Assembly: GCA_049294475.1 (NCBI GenBank)
Contig: JBAQCV010000043.1
Coordinates: 1-45,839, forward strand
Length of the DNA: 45,839 bases
Direction: 5' to 3'
Source of the DNA: Candidatus Moraniibacteriota bacterium
Lineage (GTDB): Bacteria; Patescibacteriota; Minisyncoccia; Moranbacterales; UBA1568
Part shown: one piece after another, positions 45,221 through 45,839 of the stretch
Numbering within the stretch: the first letter of the stretch is position 1
Layout of the letters: each line of letters begins with the position of its first letter
The notes under the pieces: model-generated
The model's database searches: none
What the model was told of the DNA's origin: nothing
Seen by the model: the letters and a program-made list of their open reading frames with translations, nothing else
Translations under genes and position numbers: made by a program

Positions 45221-45839
45221 TTAATTTCCTCGTCCTCCGCCGCCACCGCCAAGACCTGGAATTCTGAATCCGCCACCAGTTTGGGTGGGGGCCACCACGG
45301 CATTCGGATCAATCGTTTGTGTCACCACATCGTCTCCGATATTAATTCCGCTAACAATTTCCGTATCGGTATTATTGGCCACGCCGATTTCAATATTGCT
45401 CCGTTGCTCTGGCAGCCCCGTACTGCTATTCAAGACCTCAACATAGGTTCTATTCCCCTGAACCTTCAGCGCGCTATTCGGTACCGTAATAACATTCTGC
45501 TTGACATCGGTGATGATCTTCGCGGAAGCGCTCATTCCGGGTCGGAGCCTCTTATCAAGCATATCCAGACCAATGGTCACGTTAAAATTCACCACCCCTT
45601 GTGAAATAGTGCCCAGTGCGTCCATTTTTTCCACCTTCCCGGAAACCATCAGTCCATCGATGGCGCTAAAGATCATCATCACCTTCTGACCGATGGAAAC
45701 TGTTGAAATATCCACTTCATTCACCTGCACTTCTGCCTTGAGCGTACTCATATCGCCTACGATAATGGGGGCTTGACTCGTGTTGCTGTTTGAAAGACGA
45801 CTGAGATCATCCCCGTTTTTAATATTGACAGCATTGACC
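45221..45839 (-). CDS. HlyD/MacA-family periplasmic adaptor (5' end outside window) with Gly-rich tail
   Basis: The frame stays open upstream of the track's Met to the window edge (VNAVNIKNGDDL...IIVGDMSTLKAEVQVNEVDI). The beta-barrel/MP-domain-like sequence ends in GGGGGGRGN. Confidence 0.8.
   Translation of the reverse strand, partial: VNAVNIKNGDDLSRLSNSNTSQAPIIVGDMSTLKAEVQVNEVDISTVSIGQKVMMIFSAIDGLMVSGKVEKMDALGTISQGVVNFNVTIGLDMLDKRLRPGMSASAKIITDVKQNVITVPNSALKVQGNRTYVEVLNSSTGLPEQRSNIEIGVANNTDTEIVSGINIGDDVVTQTIDPNAVVAPTQTGGGFRIPGLGGGGGGRGN

Overview
This 45.8-kb window is tightly packed bacterial chromosome, transcribed mostly from the minus strand. It uses the standard genetic code: UGA ends rpsP, folA and the Tmk-like gene, and all conserved genes are intact ORFs. 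I recognised no rRNA, tRNA, CRISPR array, transposase or integrase.

Gene content, in coordinate order:
- dedA (partial)
- rplL, rplJ, rpsP
- an unusually short smc
- rnc, nusB, rpmF, rnhB
- dnaE and miaA (plus strand)
- an MFS transporter and gatB
- a six-gene dTTP-supply operon: dcd, thyA, folA, a T4-gp1-like dNMP kinase, a Tmk-like kinase and a MazG-like hydrolase
- rplA, rplK, nusG, secE
- a hypothetical gene, gatA, gatC, ligA
- a complete type IV pilus locus with no secretin gene: three minor pilins, pilD, two pilin paralogs, pilC, pilT, pilB, pilO-like, pilN-like, pilM
- divergent clpC-comFC
- a SurA-N-like chaperone, a small hypothetical gene and yjbQ
- a low-GC block from about 40.8 kb to the window end: a SAM methyltransferase, a 259-aa Trp/Arg-rich unknown protein, and a DUF5666-like gene followed by a MacAB-type ABC efflux operon (adaptor partial)

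Hand counts on sample 60-nt lines give about 58% GC in the core and about 38-43% in the last 5 kb. Streamlined genes with in-frame insertions and tails, plus the secretin-less pilus locus, suggest a Patescibacteria/CPR-like small-genome bacterium. This is inference only.

Main leads:
1. An AT-rich inverted-repeat leader family is shared by smc, dnaE and gatCA.
2. A second repeat family of TGATTCC-type heptamers sits upstream of pilT and rplA, and has an in-frame copy inside rnhB.
3. The 783-aa SMC has no hinge domain.
4. The single-operon dCTP-to-dTTP module uses phage-type parts.
5. The pilus locus carries long-range RNA duplexes at the pilT/pilC and pilC/pilA junctions.
6. In the low-GC block, an ATGAGACA motif array lies next to a protein whose C-terminus looks like sigma region 2.

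All functional calls come from reading the translations and recalling family motifs. No searches were run.
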